Source: Candidatus Micrarchaeota archaeon
Lineage (GTDB): Archaea; Micrarchaeota; Micrarchaeia; Anstonellales; Bilamarchaeaceae
Assembly: GCA_043816005.1 (NCBI GenBank)
Contig: JBDRIM010000064.1
Coordinates: forward strand, 13,832-77,831
DNA length: 64,000 nt
Reading direction: 5' to 3'
The position numbers were made by a program, and so were the translations under genes. Shown one piece after another: positions 1-10,907 of the stretch (positions are counted from its first letter, which is position 1; the number at the start of each line of letters is the position of its first letter). A model generated the notes under the pieces. That model was given only the letters and a program-made list of their open reading frames with translations, was not told where the DNA came from and searched no databases.

Positions 1-42
1 CCAACAAATCCAAAAGAACTACCAGTATGGCTTGATGAGGCA

Positions 43-594
43 GTGGATATGTTCATGAGTGATTTGTTCATAAAAAGATCAACAGCCATATCTCAAGAAG
101 AAGCTACATTAGATAGAGCAAAGCTTTCTGGTGCTGTTACTAGAAGAACAGCAGTGCAAATAGAAGAGAGACGACAGTATCCAAGAAACACAGAAGGCGG
201 ACCTGGGAAAATAGACATAACCAAACCAATCACAGACGCAGATTTTGAAAGTTTCATGAGCAAAAATAGGGCACTTGGACGCAATATTGGAAGACAAGTA
301 ACAACTATAATAGAAAGCGAGAACGACACAGAACTAATGGGAAGAGTACGTACAAAATATCGAGAACAGGGGATTACTGAGGGGATAAATGAAAAGGTTA
401 TCGAAGAAGTTTTAAGAAGAATTGTTTTAGATCTCAAGAAGATAAGTGATGGAACAGCAGACCCAGGCATCATCAGCAAATATGCTGCTGCAGGAATAAC
501 AATTGTCGATGGAACAATGACAGTCGAAGAAGGGAAAACCAAAGATTTGGTTGGAACACATGTCAGGGAAACATTACATAGATTAGCAAAATGA
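43..594 (+). CDS. hypothetical protein (may begin upstream of the window)
   Basis: 183-aa ORF with typical codon usage; followed after 9 nt by the next ORF, which has a GAGGT SD-like site. Confidence 0.6.
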   Translation: MDMFMSDLFIKRSTAISQEEATLDRAKLSGAVTRRTAVQIEERRQYPRNTEGGPGKIDITKPITDADFESFMSKNRALGRNIGRQVTTIIESENDTELMGRVRTKYREQGITEGINEKVIEEVLRRIVLDLKKISDGTADPGIISKYAAAGITIVDGTMTVEEGKTKDLVGTHVRETLHRLAK

Positions 595-603
595 GGTAAA
601 TAT

Positions 604-2823
604 ATGGCAACAGTAACTTTAGATGAAAACGGCCACATAATCATCACATTTGCAGACAGAACTACATTTAGCAGTAAAGAGAAAATTACAAAAGAAATGA
701 GTGAAGCAACTGCAATGGCAGCAATTACTAGAGCTATGAATGGAGCATATGGAAAATACAAAGAAGAGAGTAAATTAGATGAATTAGATGCAATAGGTGG
801 AAAAACAAGAGCAATAGCAAAAGGACTTTTGAAAAAATTAAATGAAATTGTTTCAGTAAAAGTTGAACCTCCTAAACCTGTAGTGGAAAAAAGACCTGAG
901 CCAAGAGTTGTAGTTCCACCACCAAGAGTAGTAGTTCGGCCACCAGCAAAAAAAATAGAACCGCCACCAGTAAGAGTTGAAGCACCAAAACCAGTGAGAC
1001 GTGCGCCACCACCTAGACGAGTAGAATCACCAAGAGTTAGAAAACCAACAATAGACCGCAGAATTATTTTAGCACAAATAGGAACTAAAGACCAGGCAAA
1101 AGCAGCAACATTTTTGATTAGTAATGGAGAAAAAATTGATAGATATTTACAAGTAGGACAAAGTGGGATAGAAAGAACGCGAACACAAAGAGAAGCAACA
1201 ATAAGAGTATTTAATGAATTAGACAGGATACCAAATTTTAGATTATATTTATCATCAGTTGCAAATCCAGAAACAAATCTTGAATTTGCAATGCTTGAAG
1301 GATTTTTAGGACAACATAAAGCAGAGGACTTAAGAACAATTGATAATAGAGAAGAATCACGCATCCTAAGTTATGCTGATTTGTACATAAGGTATTATCT
1401 TGCAAATTATGCTATCAAAGATCCTCGTTTCAAAAAAGAATTAGAACAATTAGAAAGATTTGGAAAACTTGGAAAAGATGATTTACGAGGTGCAATTGAT
1501 AGTGATACTATTGCAGCAGCAGAGTTACATATCAGAAGATGGATGCAACATAAAAATTTGAAATCAGATTTAGCAGCATGGGAACCACCAAGAGAAGAGC
1601 AAATTCCTGAAGTAACACAACAACAAAGAATTGCAATAATTGGTTCTTCAATGGTTGGTGATAGTCGCAAACATCCGTCAAAATTAGGCCAAACACTCCA
1701 AAATTTCATGGCAGATACTATAGTTGACTCATATGGAATACGTGGAGAAACTTTACATGAAGTAGCAACGAGATTCAAAGAATTAATTGACGGCGGCGTG
1801 AAATATGATAGGATAATAATTTCTGCTCAGGCATTTGCAAATAATCCAAATTATATCTTTTCTAGAGCTGCTTTGGAGACTATGATAAAACAAGCAAAAA
1901 TACCAGTTATTGTAACTGGAGTTATGCCATATGGCGAACATCGTTCATGCACATCAAACGCATGGAGAAACGCAGAAGAATTGAACAGCTGGCTTGAAGC
2001 TAACGCAGCAAAAGGAGAAATAACTTATGTAAATCTTCGATCTCTAGGGGATGATAGTAATCCACCAAGATTAAGACCTGAATTTACAAGCGAAGGTTCT
2101 GATGGATTACATTCTACTTTGGCAAGAGAGGAAACAGCAAGATTAATTGCGGAAAAGTTGGGAGTAACAGTTCCTCCATCAATAAGAAGGGAAGAACCTG
2201 CAAGAGTAGACGAACGAAGAGTTCCAGATAGAGAACCACCACGAGTAGAAGCAACACCATTACAAATATTTGCCAAAGAATATTGGACCGAACTTAGACA
2301 ACAACTTGCACAAGCAGTAGAACAAAAAAATCCTGCGAAGATTATAAGATTAACAAAAATAGATTTACCTCCAGGACAACAACTTGAAAATGCACTTACA
2401 ACTCTTGGTAGAAATGATGTTCAACTTGCTTTCAGAGATGTTTTTAAAAGTTTGAATGATGATGAAGAATTCAAAACATTTGTCAAAGCAAAAAGGTATA
2501 CATTAGTCAAAGGAAGAAATTTGATAGAATTACCTGAAGGCACTGGAAAGAGAGATTTGCTTACTGTAATACTTGCATCAAGAGCAGTTCAAGAATATAT
2601 GAAAGCTAAAGCAGATGTTAATGCGGATTTTGGTGGAGACGTCAGAAAATTGCAAGAAAAAATTGGTAGGCAGTTAAGTGTTACGCCCAGTGATTTAATT
2701 TTAACATTAAGTGTAATTGCAGTTTATAGATGGAGAATGCAAAATACACACAAAGATATTGGAGAATGGGGAAAAGAAGTTGGAATAAAACCAGAGCCAA
2801 CACGAAAACAAACCCTCTTCTAA
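604..2823 (+). CDS. large hypothetical protein with Pro/Arg-rich linker and an SGNH/GDSL-hydrolase-like domain
   Basis: IAIIGSSMVG (block I-like), YGIRG (block II), FANN (block III), DGLH (block V); PPP/RVE-rich low-complexity stretch. Confidence 0.55.
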   Translation: MATVTLDENGHIIITFADRTTFSSKEKITKEMSEATAMAAITRAMNGAYGKYKEESKLDELDAIGGKTRAIAKGLLKKLNEIVSVKVEPPKPVVEKRPEPRVVVPPPRVVVRPPAKKIEPPPVRVEAPKPVRRAPPPRRVESPRVRKPTIDRRIILAQIGTKDQAKAATFLISNGEKIDRYLQVGQSGIERTRTQREATIRVFNELDRIPNFRLYLSSVANPETNLEFAMLEGFLGQHKAEDLRTIDNREESRILSYADLYIRYYLANYAIKDPRFKKELEQLERFGKLGKDDLRGAIDSDTIAAAELHIRRWMQHKNLKSDLAAWEPPREEQIPEVTQQQRIAIIGSSMVGDSRKHPSKLGQTLQNFMADTIVDSYGIRGETLHEVATRFKELIDGGVKYDRIIISAQAFANNPNYIFSRAALETMIKQAKIPVIVTGVMPYGEHRSCTSNAWRNAEELNSWLEANAAKGEITYVNLRSLGDDSNPPRLRPEFTSEGSDGLHSTLAREETARLIAEKLGVTVPPSIRREEPARVDERRVPDREPPRVEATPLQIFAKEYWTELRQQLAQAVEQKNPAKIIRLTKIDLPPGQQLENALTTLGRNDVQLAFRDVFKSLNDDEEFKTFVKAKRYTLVKGRNLIELPEGTGKRDLLTVILASRAVQEYMKAKADVNADFGGDVRKLQEKIGRQLSVTPSDLILTLSVIAVYRWRMQNTHKDIGEWGKEVGIKPEPTRKQTLF

Positions 2824-2877
2824 CGTAACACACCTTTTAATCCCTTTGCACACAAAATAAAATTGTGAAGGGAGAGT

Positions 2878-5800
2878 ATGGGTGGCACACGAATAGTTCA
2901 GAACGACCAGACGCAACTTCCTTCGCCGCAGAGAAGAAAAGCTATTTTTGGAAGATTGAAAACAGTCACTGCATTGGTATTAGGTGCAGTGACGTGGACC
3001 AGCGGAACAAATATAAACGATTTAGGAGGTAATATTGCTATGGCATCACGGCATATAGATCCTGCAGTATTAGAAGCAACAAAAGCAGTTGACGCATTAA
3101 AAGTATTTTTACTTACTGGAAATTCTACAAAAAAAGACGATTTCTTGAGGATATTTAATGCTGGAACTTCAGGAGCATTCCTTACGGCTTTTGGTTCTGA
3201 TCTAAGAACAAAAATACTTGGCGATGCTAAACTTGGACCAGTATTGCTGGCATTTAAAGCTGTAGAAGGAGGAAGAACTGATCTTGTAAAGTTTGTTGAT
3301 GTTATAGGAAGAGCGTATGACGCAGTTAATGCAAATGATATTAGAACGATAGATAGAATACGAACAGATTATAGCGACGCAATGGTAAGTAACGTTGTTA
3401 TACCATTTCTCAAAGCAATGGAAAAGGATGATTTCCTAAGATTAATGATACCTAGAAGACAAGACAAAATGGAAAGCGTAAGTGACAAAACACTTGAAGC
3501 ATTTGCAAAAGATTATGGAATAAATTTAACAGGAATAACGGGAAGAGAAGATAGAATAGAACGGATAGGCGGGCATATCAGAGACGAATTCTTTTTAACA
3601 GATGATAATGTTGCAAGAGCATTAACTAAAACACTTCTTCAGGCGTATGCATTACTTGAGAAAGATGAAAAACCAGCATTCTTTCAATGGTTAGGAGAAA
3701 TGGATCACAGAGCAAAAGCAGGATTATTAATGACAATAGGCGCGTTTGGCCCAGGAGCAAAGGTTGAAGCAGAAGAAAGTACACCTGGAGTAAAAAACTA
3801 CAAAGTTACACAAGTAAGAGGCATAGCAATACCGCATATGGCATGGGCAGCTGTTAAAGATATGTTCAAAGTATGGAATGTAGAACAAGCAAGATTAGGA
3901 TTGGTAGAATCAGAAAAAGAAAGGTTGCTACGAAGTGGTTATCCTGCATTTATACGTCAAACATCTGCAACAGATCTTGCAGCTGTATTTGAAAGACAGC
4001 CAACTGGACAGGGTTATGATAATATAGAAATAAGAGTTGGATATCTAAATGCTGAAAGAGAAATTCGTGTAGAACAAAGAAAAACTGCAAGAATAGCAGA
4101 GATAGATAAAGAATTGGCAGCTATTGAAAAATGGTTTGATGGATTTGGTCTTGATTTAGGTGGGAGAGATAACACCCTCATAAACAAATTAGATGTATTC
4201 AAAAAAGGACTTTGGGGTCTGCAGCAAGCTTATTGGACCATGCGAGAGGGAAATTACGGAGTTATAACCAGTCTAAATCTTTCATCCTCAAATAAAAAAC
4301 TTTATGATATTTATATGTCGTATATATTCCATCTTGATAAAAACACACTTGGCATATTCCAAAAAATAGATAGGAAATCAGAAAATATTCTTGCTCAAAT
4401 GCGGGATGCAATAACAAATATAAAAGATGAAAAAGTACTCTTAGGAAATCAAGCATGGTCAACTATTTATTATCCAAATGGATCATTACCTGCAGCAGCT
4501 ACACGAAGAGATCCGAGAATAGCAGATGATTATAGAAGAGCAGCAACCCTTGATCCAACAACTTATTTTGTATTTGCAAATTATGTTCAAACAGTAGAGG
4601 ATAATTTAGTTGGCAGTCCAGAAGAAAAAAGATTGGTTGCGCAGACCGTAGCAAGATTGTATGCACTAAACCCAGCACTTGCAATCAAATATCTAAAAGC
4701 AGTAACTAATCTGGCAAAAATATGCAGAGATCAAAGAGAAACATTTGAACTTGCTCTGATAAAATTAGCCGCTAAAATAGACATGCGATCATCTGGATTG
4801 AATTCTGGGGTCTCACCAACATCAATGCTTCCAATAAACACAAGAAGAGTAATAAACGATCTGAATTCTGCATTTGAAGAATTAATGGGATTAGATGTGG
4901 GTGAATTTAGCAGATATGATAGATATCCGCTACTTGATGATGCAGTTCTGATCAATCCAAATGCACCACATGATATTACTCACAGACCACCAGCATGGAA
5001 ATATCCGTTAACACCACCATATGACAGTGCACTTAGTATGAGTCCGCCTTATTTCCTTCCATCAACCTTAAACCCATTGCCATATGTTCCACAATTACTC
5101 AATACAGGTGCATTGTTCAACAATTATGATGATGCATCTGGACAAATAAATCTTCCACGGTTTAGTTTCCTTGATGTTGATGGGCAGACAAGAGCAGTTG
5201 GCGATGCTTTCAGATTGTTTGTAGATGAAAAAGTTGGACTTTTCGGAGTTCCCACATTTATACCAGGATCACAAATTGTAAAATTAAGCCCAACAAAGTT
5301 GATGGGTCAGATAGACAGAGCATTTATTTCAAAAGTAATGGAACCGTATACATTTGATGTTGCCGGCCGCGGAGGAGCATTAGGAGGAAGAGTTGGAAAG
5401 GCAACACCTGAAGGAACATATAGTGGAATGGTTGGCGGACTTGGAAGTATATTAACAAGTGAGGGTGGTGTTTCTGCAGGTGGATCAGTTGATGTTGCTG
5501 AAGCAAATCAATATTTTGCAGGTATGACAGCAATTGCAACTCCAATTGGATTTGTTGAAGATTTGCCATTAGTTGGAGGAGCATTCAAAGGTGAAGGAGA
5601 TCAACCTGCAGGTTTGCAACATGGTTCTATTGGTTATCAAAAATTAAGTGATGGTGCACAACGAGCACTTGGACAGGCACTTATAAAGGCAGGATATCCA
5701 AGCAACCCACGCGAACTTGGAATTGCAGTGAATTATGAAGAAACTGCAGAAGGAAAAACATGGTCAAATACAAAATACTTTTGGGTTGACAAACAAGGAA

Positions 5801-8301
5801 CAATATTTGAATTAGAAGGCGGGACAAACAACTTTGTACAAATGCTTAATTATCTTTCAGCATATGGAGACAATCCAGCATTTGGAACCGGGCACCCTCA
5901 ACCAATAACCTATGCAGCCAATGTTGAACCAACAATGGGAAGCCAAAACCCAGATATGAAACGCGGTGGTGCGGTTGTAGTTTGGGATATGGGTAAATCA
6001 GCAGGATTGGCACACTTTCAAGCAGTTCCATTATTGGCAAATGAAGTAGGTCCACAATTATTTGCATTGGAACAGGATATAGCAGCTAAGGAAGTCCAGA
6101 TCGCAGAAAGAGATACCGCAATAGCCGAAGCAGAAACAGCTAGGCACACTGCAATGGGAGAATTAGCTGATGCTAATGCTTCTGGTAATGCTGAAGCAAT
6201 TGCTATTGCAGAAGCAAAAGTAGCTGGTGCTGAAAGTCATGTTACAGGATTACAAGAAGGAAGAGGAACCATGAGTGATGAATTAGGCCAATTAAGACAG
6301 GATAGAAGTAATCTTGCACAAGGAAACGGTCCTCTTTTGCTTGAATGGACACCAGGATTTGCACATACAGTTGAGGATAAAAGCGGAGCTAATGTTTATG
6401 TTGTAACAGCACCAGGAGAATTGCTTTTCATACGTCCAGATGAAGAACATAAAACAGATCTTTATATCCAGGATTTAGTGTTAAGATATAGAAGAGTAAA
6501 TAATGATCAGACAGCATGGGAGATTGTTGCTGGTGCCGGGCTAGGTGCAGTGGTAAAAGAAGCACCAGGAACCGAAAAAGACAAAAACTGGATAGGAAGA
6601 GGGGGAGTATTGTATAAATGGGAAGACAGATCAAAAAGACCAGGATGGAAAAGCGGCGGAGCTGGTGTTTATTACGAGGGAGCAGTAACTGATCTTGAAA
6701 CAACTGCAGTTGTAAGTAGCCTTGATGGTGCAGAAGAAATGAGAAGAGAGATAGAAAGCCTTCACAGAATTGGTGTGACCTTATATGGTTCAGGACAGCT
6801 GGCTAATAGGGTTTTGTTAGGTGCGTTAGGTAACTATGTTGCAGAATTCACTTCATCAGATTATAAAGACTCATTTTTCAGGTTTATTGGATTTGTAAGT
6901 GGACTTGAAGAGATAAATGGAAGAACAAGAGGAACTGCAGCAAAAGTTGATTATCAAAGGGAAAGAGGGCTCATGGGCCGAATACAACAGGATTACAGAA
7001 ATCTTGCAAGAGATGTTAATCAAAATCCTGATCAAGCAGATACATTGATTAGTAATTTTAGGAACCAGTATGAACAGGAACTGATGCAAATATTTGACAG
7101 ATATTATCTTGGTGTTCAGGTAAATGAAGATGCTTCATTGCAATTTAGTCTTGTTTCAAGGGAAAAAGAAAACGAGTGGACACAACAAAAAGTAGATACA
7201 GCATACGGTAAATTTTTATATGATTGGGGAAGTGTTTTTGCAAGAGCATATGTATCGATGCCACTCTGGGCAATGCAAGGATTTGATTCAACAGCTGGAA
7301 CACAACAACATGGTTTAATCGGTGTTGGTACTGGGTTTGATATGTTTGATAGTGTATGGGCACAGAGAATGGCAGTTGATATTGGTACCATACTATCCTA
7401 TGAAGATACAGAACAAGGATTAAGAGAATGGGGAAAATTTGGTGGATTTGGACAGGCAGCCATAAGAATGTTTTCAAGTGTTGTAGAGGATTCAAAAAGA
7501 TTCAGAGAATTGAAAGGAAAAGTGGAAAGATATCAACAAATTTTGCTTGAAAAACAGGTTTCTTCTACAGCCACAGGCACAACAGCAACAATTGATTTTG
7601 GAAGGATCAGAGGAGAAGATAGAGGGAAAATCTGTGATCGAATTCAAACAGTTCCTGAATATGAAAAATGGCTTGATCCAGCAGTTGTACAAAAAATAAG
7701 AGATGGTGAAAGTTTAGAAACAACAATAATCCAAACAGAGTTCCTACAGAGGATGGTTTGGGATTGGTTCAGTGATGAAAAGTTTAATCTAGAACAAGAC
7801 TTTGGTGAACATGTAAGAAACTTTAGATGGTATCTCGGTGGTAGTATTTATGCAATAAACACTGGAGAAGATTTCAAATTCCAATGGGATGTTGCTACAT
7901 TTGTAGAACAAGTAGATAAATGGGCAGCTTATGTTGTACTTGCAAAAAGAGATGATTATACACTTTTAGCAGGTGCAGATTTCCAACTAAATAGAGATTG
8001 GACATTAGGGATCATAGGTGCATGGAATGTTAGTGAAAAAGATGAAGGAGCAGGTGCATTGTCCTTAAGATGGAGAGTTGGGCCCGGAACATTAGGTGGT
8101 ATGGGCTTCATGCGTACTTTTGATCCACCTATTTATGCTAGACCAGGAGTAGCTGAATATACCAGCGCAGGACAATTGGATATTGGTGGACTTTTATTCT
8201 ACACAATAGGAATAGACACAACGGGAAGATCATTCTTAGCTCCGGTTCAACCAACAGGAGGTCCTCCAATGCCCGATGTATGGGGACGAAGAGGAGAATA
8301 G
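2878..8301 (+). CDS. giant hypothetical protein (1807 aa), probably exported; internal coiled coil and beta-strand-rich C-terminal half
   Basis: Long ORF; basic then hydrophobic N-terminus (RRKAIFGRLKTVTALVLGAV); Ala/Glu heptad region near aa 1060-1150. Confidence 0.6.
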   Translation: MGGTRIVQNDQTQLPSPQRRKAIFGRLKTVTALVLGAVTWTSGTNINDLGGNIAMASRHIDPAVLEATKAVDALKVFLLTGNSTKKDDFLRIFNAGTSGAFLTAFGSDLRTKILGDAKLGPVLLAFKAVEGGRTDLVKFVDVIGRAYDAVNANDIRTIDRIRTDYSDAMVSNVVIPFLKAMEKDDFLRLMIPRRQDKMESVSDKTLEAFAKDYGINLTGITGREDRIERIGGHIRDEFFLTDDNVARALTKTLLQAYALLEKDEKPAFFQWLGEMDHRAKAGLLMTIGAFGPGAKVEAEESTPGVKNYKVTQVRGIAIPHMAWAAVKDMFKVWNVEQARLGLVESEKERLLRSGYPAFIRQTSATDLAAVFERQPTGQGYDNIEIRVGYLNAEREIRVEQRKTARIAEIDKELAAIEKWFDGFGLDLGGRDNTLINKLDVFKKGLWGLQQAYWTMREGNYGVITSLNLSSSNKKLYDIYMSYIFHLDKNTLGIFQKIDRKSENILAQMRDAITNIKDEKVLLGNQAWSTIYYPNGSLPAAATRRDPRIADDYRRAATLDPTTYFVFANYVQTVEDNLVGSPEEKRLVAQTVARLYALNPALAIKYLKAVTNLAKICRDQRETFELALIKLAAKIDMRSSGLNSGVSPTSMLPINTRRVINDLNSAFEELMGLDVGEFSRYDRYPLLDDAVLINPNAPHDITHRPPAWKYPLTPPYDSALSMSPPYFLPSTLNPLPYVPQLLNTGALFNNYDDASGQINLPRFSFLDVDGQTRAVGDAFRLFVDEKVGLFGVPTFIPGSQIVKLSPTKLMGQIDRAFISKVMEPYTFDVAGRGGALGGRVGKATPEGTYSGMVGGLGSILTSEGGVSAGGSVDVAEANQYFAGMTAIATPIGFVEDLPLVGGAFKGEGDQPAGLQHGSIGYQKLSDGAQRALGQALIKAGYPSNPRELGIAVNYEETAEGKTWSNTKYFWVDKQGTIFELEGGTNNFVQMLNYLSAYGDNPAFGTGHPQPITYAANVEPTMGSQNPDMKRGGAVVVWDMGKSAGLAHFQAVPLLANEVGPQLFALEQDIAAKEVQIAERDTAIAEAETARHTAMGELADANASGNAEAIAIAEAKVAGAESHVTGLQEGRGTMSDELGQLRQDRSNLAQGNGPLLLEWTPGFAHTVEDKSGANVYVVTAPGELLFIRPDEEHKTDLYIQDLVLRYRRVNNDQTAWEIVAGAGLGAVVKEAPGTEKDKNWIGRGGVLYKWEDRSKRPGWKSGGAGVYYEGAVTDLETTAVVSSLDGAEEMRREIESLHRIGVTLYGSGQLANRVLLGALGNYVAEFTSSDYKDSFFRFIGFVSGLEEINGRTRGTAAKVDYQRERGLMGRIQQDYRNLARDVNQNPDQADTLISNFRNQYEQELMQIFDRYYLGVQVNEDASLQFSLVSREKENEWTQQKVDTAYGKFLYDWGSVFARAYVSMPLWAMQGFDSTAGTQQHGLIGVGTGFDMFDSVWAQRMAVDIGTILSYEDTEQGLREWGKFGGFGQAAIRMFSSVVEDSKRFRELKGKVERYQQILLEKQVSSTATGTTATIDFGRIRGEDRGKICDRIQTVPEYEKWLDPAVVQKIRDGESLETTIIQTEFLQRMVWDWFSDEKFNLEQDFGEHVRNFRWYLGGSIYAINTGEDFKFQWDVATFVEQVDKWAAYVVLAKRDDYTLLAGADFQLNRDWTLGIIGAWNVSEKDEGAGALSLRWRVGPGTLGGMGFMRTFDPPIYARPGVAEYTSAGQLDIGGLLFYTIGIDTTGRSFLAPVQPTGGPPMPDVWGRRGE

Positions 8302-8394
8302 TATATAAAGATAATTGAAGTTAGATAATGTGAGATGTAAAAATTCGAATGAATTTTTACTTAATTGAAATAAGAATTTTGATGAGGTGCGAAT

Positions 8395-8811
8395 ATGTTG
8401 GAGTTAAGTCATATGGATTTTCAAGCTGCAGAAGCAAAAAAAAGCAGCAATTCCAGACCGCAGGGTTTGAATGTGAATATTCTTATAAGTAATGCAACTG
8501 TTGAGAAAAACCTTCTTATGGTGGAATTTCTTTACACTGTACAGTACTTGCCTAATAATGGCCATGTAAGAATGGCTGGAAACGCACGATTTGTTGGTAC
8601 AGAAGCAACTGCAGCTTATGAAGAATGGAAAAAAACAAAAAGAATAACTGGTGCTGCTGGAGAACAGATTTGGAATACAATAAACTACGGGAGTTCGATA
8701 AATGCAATTTACGTCACTAGAGTTTTGAATATGGAACCCCCAATTGCACCTCCAAGAATAAAAATAGCAAACCAGGTAAAATCAAAATCTACTCCATCAA
8801 AGAAGAAATGA
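8395..8811 (+). CDS. conserved archaeal hypothetical protein
   Basis: 138-aa ORF with GAGGTG SD; T-rich tract follows. Confidence 0.6.
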   Translation: MLELSHMDFQAAEAKKSSNSRPQGLNVNILISNATVEKNLLMVEFLYTVQYLPNNGHVRMAGNARFVGTEATAAYEEWKKTKRITGAAGEQIWNTINYGSSINAIYVTRVLNMEPPIAPPRIKIANQVKSKSTPSKKK

Positions 8812-8854
8812 TTAAAACTTGATTATTTCTTTCCCTTTTTCGCTTGGTTTTATT

Positions 8855-9394
8855 TTAAATAAACAATTCCGAAAAATTGACCAGTTCGTGTATTGCCATA
8901 AGTTTCTTTTTTATTGTCCTACTATAATACTCTTTTTCAGTTTTATTAAGTCTCTTGCCAGACTTTAATTTGTAGAGAATATGGATTTGTTTTGGTGCAA
9001 ATAATATTGAGAGATTAAAATGTAATCGCGATCCGAATTCAGTTGTTTTGATATTAGTATATTGCAGATAGATATCTTTGAATTCTTTAACGTCAAAAAA
9101 TCGCTTGATTTTCTTACTTTTGAGAATAGAAAGAATAGATTTTCTTATCTTCTTGTCACTTATTATTTTTGCAGTGATACTCAAAATATCCATAAGCTCT
9201 GGAAAAAGTTTCTCCTTTTTTGATAGTGCAATAAGTTCTTCAAAATCGATTTCAGAATTTTCTATCACAAGAGGAATTCCATACAGATATCGAAGCTCTT
9301 TTTGTTTTATGGCATTTATGATGGCATTTTCTACTGAATCGGATTCAAACAGGGAATACCCTCGCTCAGCAAATATTTTTCTAAAATCATTCAT
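8855..9394 (-). CDS. hypothetical protein with C-terminal HTH-like segment (TA/antitoxin-associated type)
   Basis: LFAPKQIHILYKL...LNKTEKEYYSRTIKKKL segment; lies in the TA-rich neighbourhood. Confidence 0.45.
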   Translation of the reverse strand: MNDFRKIFAERGYSLFESDSVENAIINAIKQKELRYLYGIPLVIENSEIDFEELIALSKKEKLFPELMDILSITAKIISDKKIRKSILSILKSKKIKRFFDVKEFKDIYLQYTNIKTTEFGSRLHFNLSILFAPKQIHILYKLKSGKRLNKTEKEYYSRTIKKKLMAIHELVNFSELFI

Positions 9395-9609
9395 TAGACC
9401 ACTTCTCAGCTTTTCTTAATGCAACCAGATTGATTTTGTTCTCTTGTTTAAAAAGTTCTAAAAGCAAAAGCAGATGCTCTTTGGAATCGCGAACAACTTT
9501 TTGTTTCCTATTTCCATAAATTAATTGTTCAGTTATAGTTTTTAAATGTATCATTTCTTACAGAAAATGTAATTTTTAGTACAATTTTTGTATAAATTTA
9601 TACAAGATA

Positions 9610-10116
9610 TTAGCATTTGACTATTTCTTTTCCTTTTTCGCTTGGTTTTATTCTTATTTTTCCATCAAATTCTTTCCCAACACAAATTCTATCTAATGTT
9701 ATTGCCAATGCAGCAACTTCGCTGTGCGGCTGATTGGTAATTGCAATGTTAAAATCAGCAAGCTCGTAAATTTCACCAGGAACATGTTCTGAACCAACAA
9801 CAACAAGCAGTTTTTTTGCTTTTTTTATCTCTGTTAATTTTTCTGATAATGACATGCCGTACATTGTCAAATGAACAATGATAAAACCAGATTTCTTGCA
9901 TTCTTTGATGTGTTTGATGGAATTTTTTTCACAGGTTATTGGAAAACTTCCACCCCAACTTGCACAAATTTTTCTAACACTATCTTCAAGACTGGAATCA
10001 TGCTGCCCGGAATAAACAATTGAATCTGCACCAAATGCTCTTGCAACAAGGCAGACATGTGTTGAGATACGTTCATCACGAGGAAGACGATGACTAAGAC
10101 GAAGGATTTGAATCAT
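9610..10116 (-). CDS. trm56: tRNA (cytidine(56)-2'-O)-methyltransferase (SPOUT)
   Basis: LRLSHRLPRDERISTHVCLVARAFGA, VHLTMYG, VGSEHVP, NQPHSEVAALA motifs. Confidence 0.93.
   Translation of the reverse strand: MIQILRLSHRLPRDERISTHVCLVARAFGADSIVYSGQHDSSLEDSVRKICASWGGSFPITCEKNSIKHIKECKKSGFIIVHLTMYGMSLSEKLTEIKKAKKLLVVVGSEHVPGEIYELADFNIAITNQPHSEVAALAITLDRICVGKEFDGKIRIKPSEKGKEIVKC
10072..10101. repeat. 30-bp imperfect direct repeat, copy 1 (inside the trm56 5' end)
   Basis: ttcatcacgaggaagacgatgactaagacg; 28/30 identical to 11436-11465. Confidence 0.9.
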
Positions 10117-10256
10117 AATCAACATTGAGATTGAAGGGTTTAATTACCCATGCACATGTGAAACTTGCGGATACATGAAAAAGATACGTTTTATCGCATT
10201 GCAACATAATTGCAATAGAACGAAACGATTATAAATGTTATCCAAGCATACTTTCC

Positions 10257-10907
10257 ATGAAAGAATTGGAAAGAAAGAATCAACTTGCACTGGAGATTGC
10301 AAGGCAGATATTTCAAAAAAAGATAGACGTGATATTTATTGGAGGAACCGCACTTAATAGTTTTTATCTTGACTATAGATACTCTGAAGATATTGACCTT
10401 GGATACATTAGAAAAAGCCCGAAACATGAAATTGAGAAGTTGTTAAGAGAGTGCGGATACCAAATTAGCAAAACCAACTTCAGTTATAGAGACATTGTCT
10501 CGTTTGATGGAATTCAAATCAAAATGGACATTATAGAATACAAAAAGAAATACAATGGGATAATAAAAAAACTAATTGGAGACGTAAATGTTAAAACACT
10601 CGAGATAGAAGAATTTATGATAGACAAAACAATATGTTTCTTTACAAGAGAAAATATGATTGGTATGGCCAGAGATGGATATGATCTTTTTTATATGCAA
10701 CAAAAATACGGTTTTGTGCTTGATCTTGCCACCAAAGCAAAGAAAATTATCAGAAAGGAGATAGTTAGCATTGATTTCAATATTGATCTTTTCCAAGATA
10801 ATCTTCAAAACATTGAATATGGGATTGCCCCATACCTAAAAACGCCGATAAACGCTAAGGATGTGTTGGTTTTTCTAAAAAGACTGCGAGGTGTTTTAAA
10901 TGAGTAA
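10257..10907 (+). CDS. AbiEii-family nucleotidyltransferase (type IV TA toxin-like)
   Basis: FIGGTALN...RYSEDIDL, K, and RDGYDL motifs. Confidence 0.85.
   Translation: MKELERKNQLALEIARQIFQKKIDVIFIGGTALNSFYLDYRYSEDIDLGYIRKSPKHEIEKLLRECGYQISKTNFSYRDIVSFDGIQIKMDIIEYKKKYNGIIKKLIGDVNVKTLEIEEFMIDKTICFFTRENMIGMARDGYDLFYMQQKYGFVLDLATKAKKIIRKEIVSIDFNIDLFQDNLQNIEYGIAPYLKTPINAKDVLVFLKRLRGVLNE

Noticed and set aside
865..1045. Tandem DNA repeat or VNTR
   Set aside because: Degenerate Pro/Arg/Val low-complexity coding sequence with no exact repeat unit
93..1364. 423-aa minus-strand ORF and the many other antisense ORFs in the track
   Set aside because: Shadows of plus-strand genes with biased codon usage; no recognisable motifs
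9387..9517. Small ORF upstream of 8855-9394
   Set aside because: The ATG frame stops after 19 codons; at best a gene remnant
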